Source of the DNA: Glycera tridactyla
Taxonomy: Eukaryota
Assembly (NCBI GenBank): GCA_965644265.1
Contig: OZ286459.1
Location: 80,600,001 to 80,664,000 of the forward strand
DNA: 64,000 nucleotides
Reading direction: 5' to 3'
The position numbers and the translations under genes were made by a program. The notes below the pieces were generated by a model. That model worked only from the letters and a program-made list of their open reading frames with translations, had not been told where the DNA came from and made no database searches. Below, piece after piece: positions 62,620 to 64,000 of this stretch; position 1 is the first letter of the stretch, and every line of letters begins with the position of its first letter.

Positions 62620-63176
62620 TATACGTAAAAACATTACTGATAAAAAATCTGTTATACGGATCAGAGTTTGGGCGCAGAATGTTGAAATGATAATCTTCAG
62701 ATAACAGACATAACCTCCTGACAGAGAACAAGATCTGAGCTTACATAGGTCAGCTTAACATCGAAGAACAATTTCAAAATCAATCAGTGAAGAAATGTAT
62801 TGATTTCTGCTCACATTCTAAATCATTGTGAATCTTATTATGCAAAATCTTGGTAGCCAAAAAAGCTGCTCTATCAGTTCTATAGAATATCTAGCAGAAC
62901 TTTCAGGTTCTCTCTCGAAATTTGTTCAAATTTTATGAAGATTAGTATCAGCTATAATATTACAACTTCTGTGAGATGGATTTCTGCATTTCAATGCGAG
63001 TAAAATGGAGTGGAACTAGAAACAAACTTGTCCCTCTTTTACTAATAGAACTGTTTTCTTCCTCAAATTAGGACACCTCTGCCACAACTGAAAGATCGAG
63101 ATGGAAGTGGAGTAGTAACAAATTATCATAGTGATAAACAATATTTTCATATCCGAGAAATGCTACTCTCAATGTA

Positions 63177-63329
63177 CAGTCAAACCTGTTTAAAAAGACA
63201 ATGATTTCTCGCATGAAAATAGGACCTTTGTAGACTGAAGGCCTGCATGGATGCATACCATATAACCAGTAACATCCTTGTGTGCCGCTGCCCTCAGTAA
63301 TGATATGGTCTTTCAAGCAGGTTTGACTG
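63177..63329. mobile_element. MITE with the same TIR and a different interior
   Basis: ta|cagtcaaacctgttt ... aagcaggtttgactg|ta. Confidence 0.75.
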
Positions 63330-64000
63330 TAGGAGAATTGACATTTCTATGACATTTTGAAATACAGTTTGATTGAGTTTATAATAGGTATCAGAACTTA
63401 TCATAGTTGGCATCTTTAGAGGGGTGATGCCGTTTACCCTGTACAGAGGGTGAGCAGAGATAAGAAGTAGATGCAGGGCATGCACGAGGCTTACCAGGGA
63501 TTTGATATCCTGAAGGGTACATTGAGAGCATGGGAAGGGAAAGAAAGATGAACGAGAGAAAAATACACAGATTGAGAACACAACATTGACATACACATGC
63601 TGGCTGAAGGAGACCAATAATCACTAGTGCCACTCAACTGAAATGCGATTTCCCAGAAATCTAAGTCCACCCGGGAATACACGCATATATCTTGAATAGC
63701 AAAGTATTCACAACTCCCAGAATTCTACTGACAACTCTGTAGATTCAAAATTCAGTAAGTGATTCTTTGAATTCGGAAAATATTCTCATATGTGGCATCA
63801 TTGTATATAATATGAAACATGACCATTTGTAGACCTGAGGTAATTTTTCAAGTCAGTCAACGAATTTTCCTTCATTTTTACACAAGTTACATTTATCATA
63901 ACAGAGACAAGAGAAAAGGCAATGAGCATATTGGTAGGTATAATAGTGTCAAATTGACTGAATATTACATTGATTGCCATTGAATTGTCTCGCTGATATC

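Noticed and set aside
1-64000. tRNA, rRNA or snoRNA genes
   Set aside because: By eye I found no cloverleaf with intact A/B boxes and no convincing C/D or H/ACA box pairs; tRNAscan-SE or Infernal would be needed to exclude them formally

Overview
Eukaryotic (invertebrate-like bilaterian, AT-rich) genomic DNA with 4 assembly gaps. The window is dominated by the 3' part of one talin gene on the minus strand. I reconstructed 18 GT-AG coding exons (54498 down to the stop at 14397) that join in frame into 1059 aa, colinear with the talin rod from R8 through R13 (I/LWEQ actin-binding domain) and the dimerisation helix. The 5' part of the gene lies beyond 64000. A probable ~6 kb 3'UTR runs to a poly(A) signal near 8225. 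Introns and flank carry many TA-flanked CAGT-TIR MITEs, a Deu/Nin-type SINE, other short repeats, a 55-bp minisatellite and microsatellites. No prokaryotic-type system, CRISPR array, tRNA or rRNA gene was found. The most interesting unexplained signal is a set of candidate microexons and cassette exons in the large talin introns, led by a 15-nt microexon at 63495-63509 with neural-microexon-like flanking motifs. These are predictions only and need RNA evidence.
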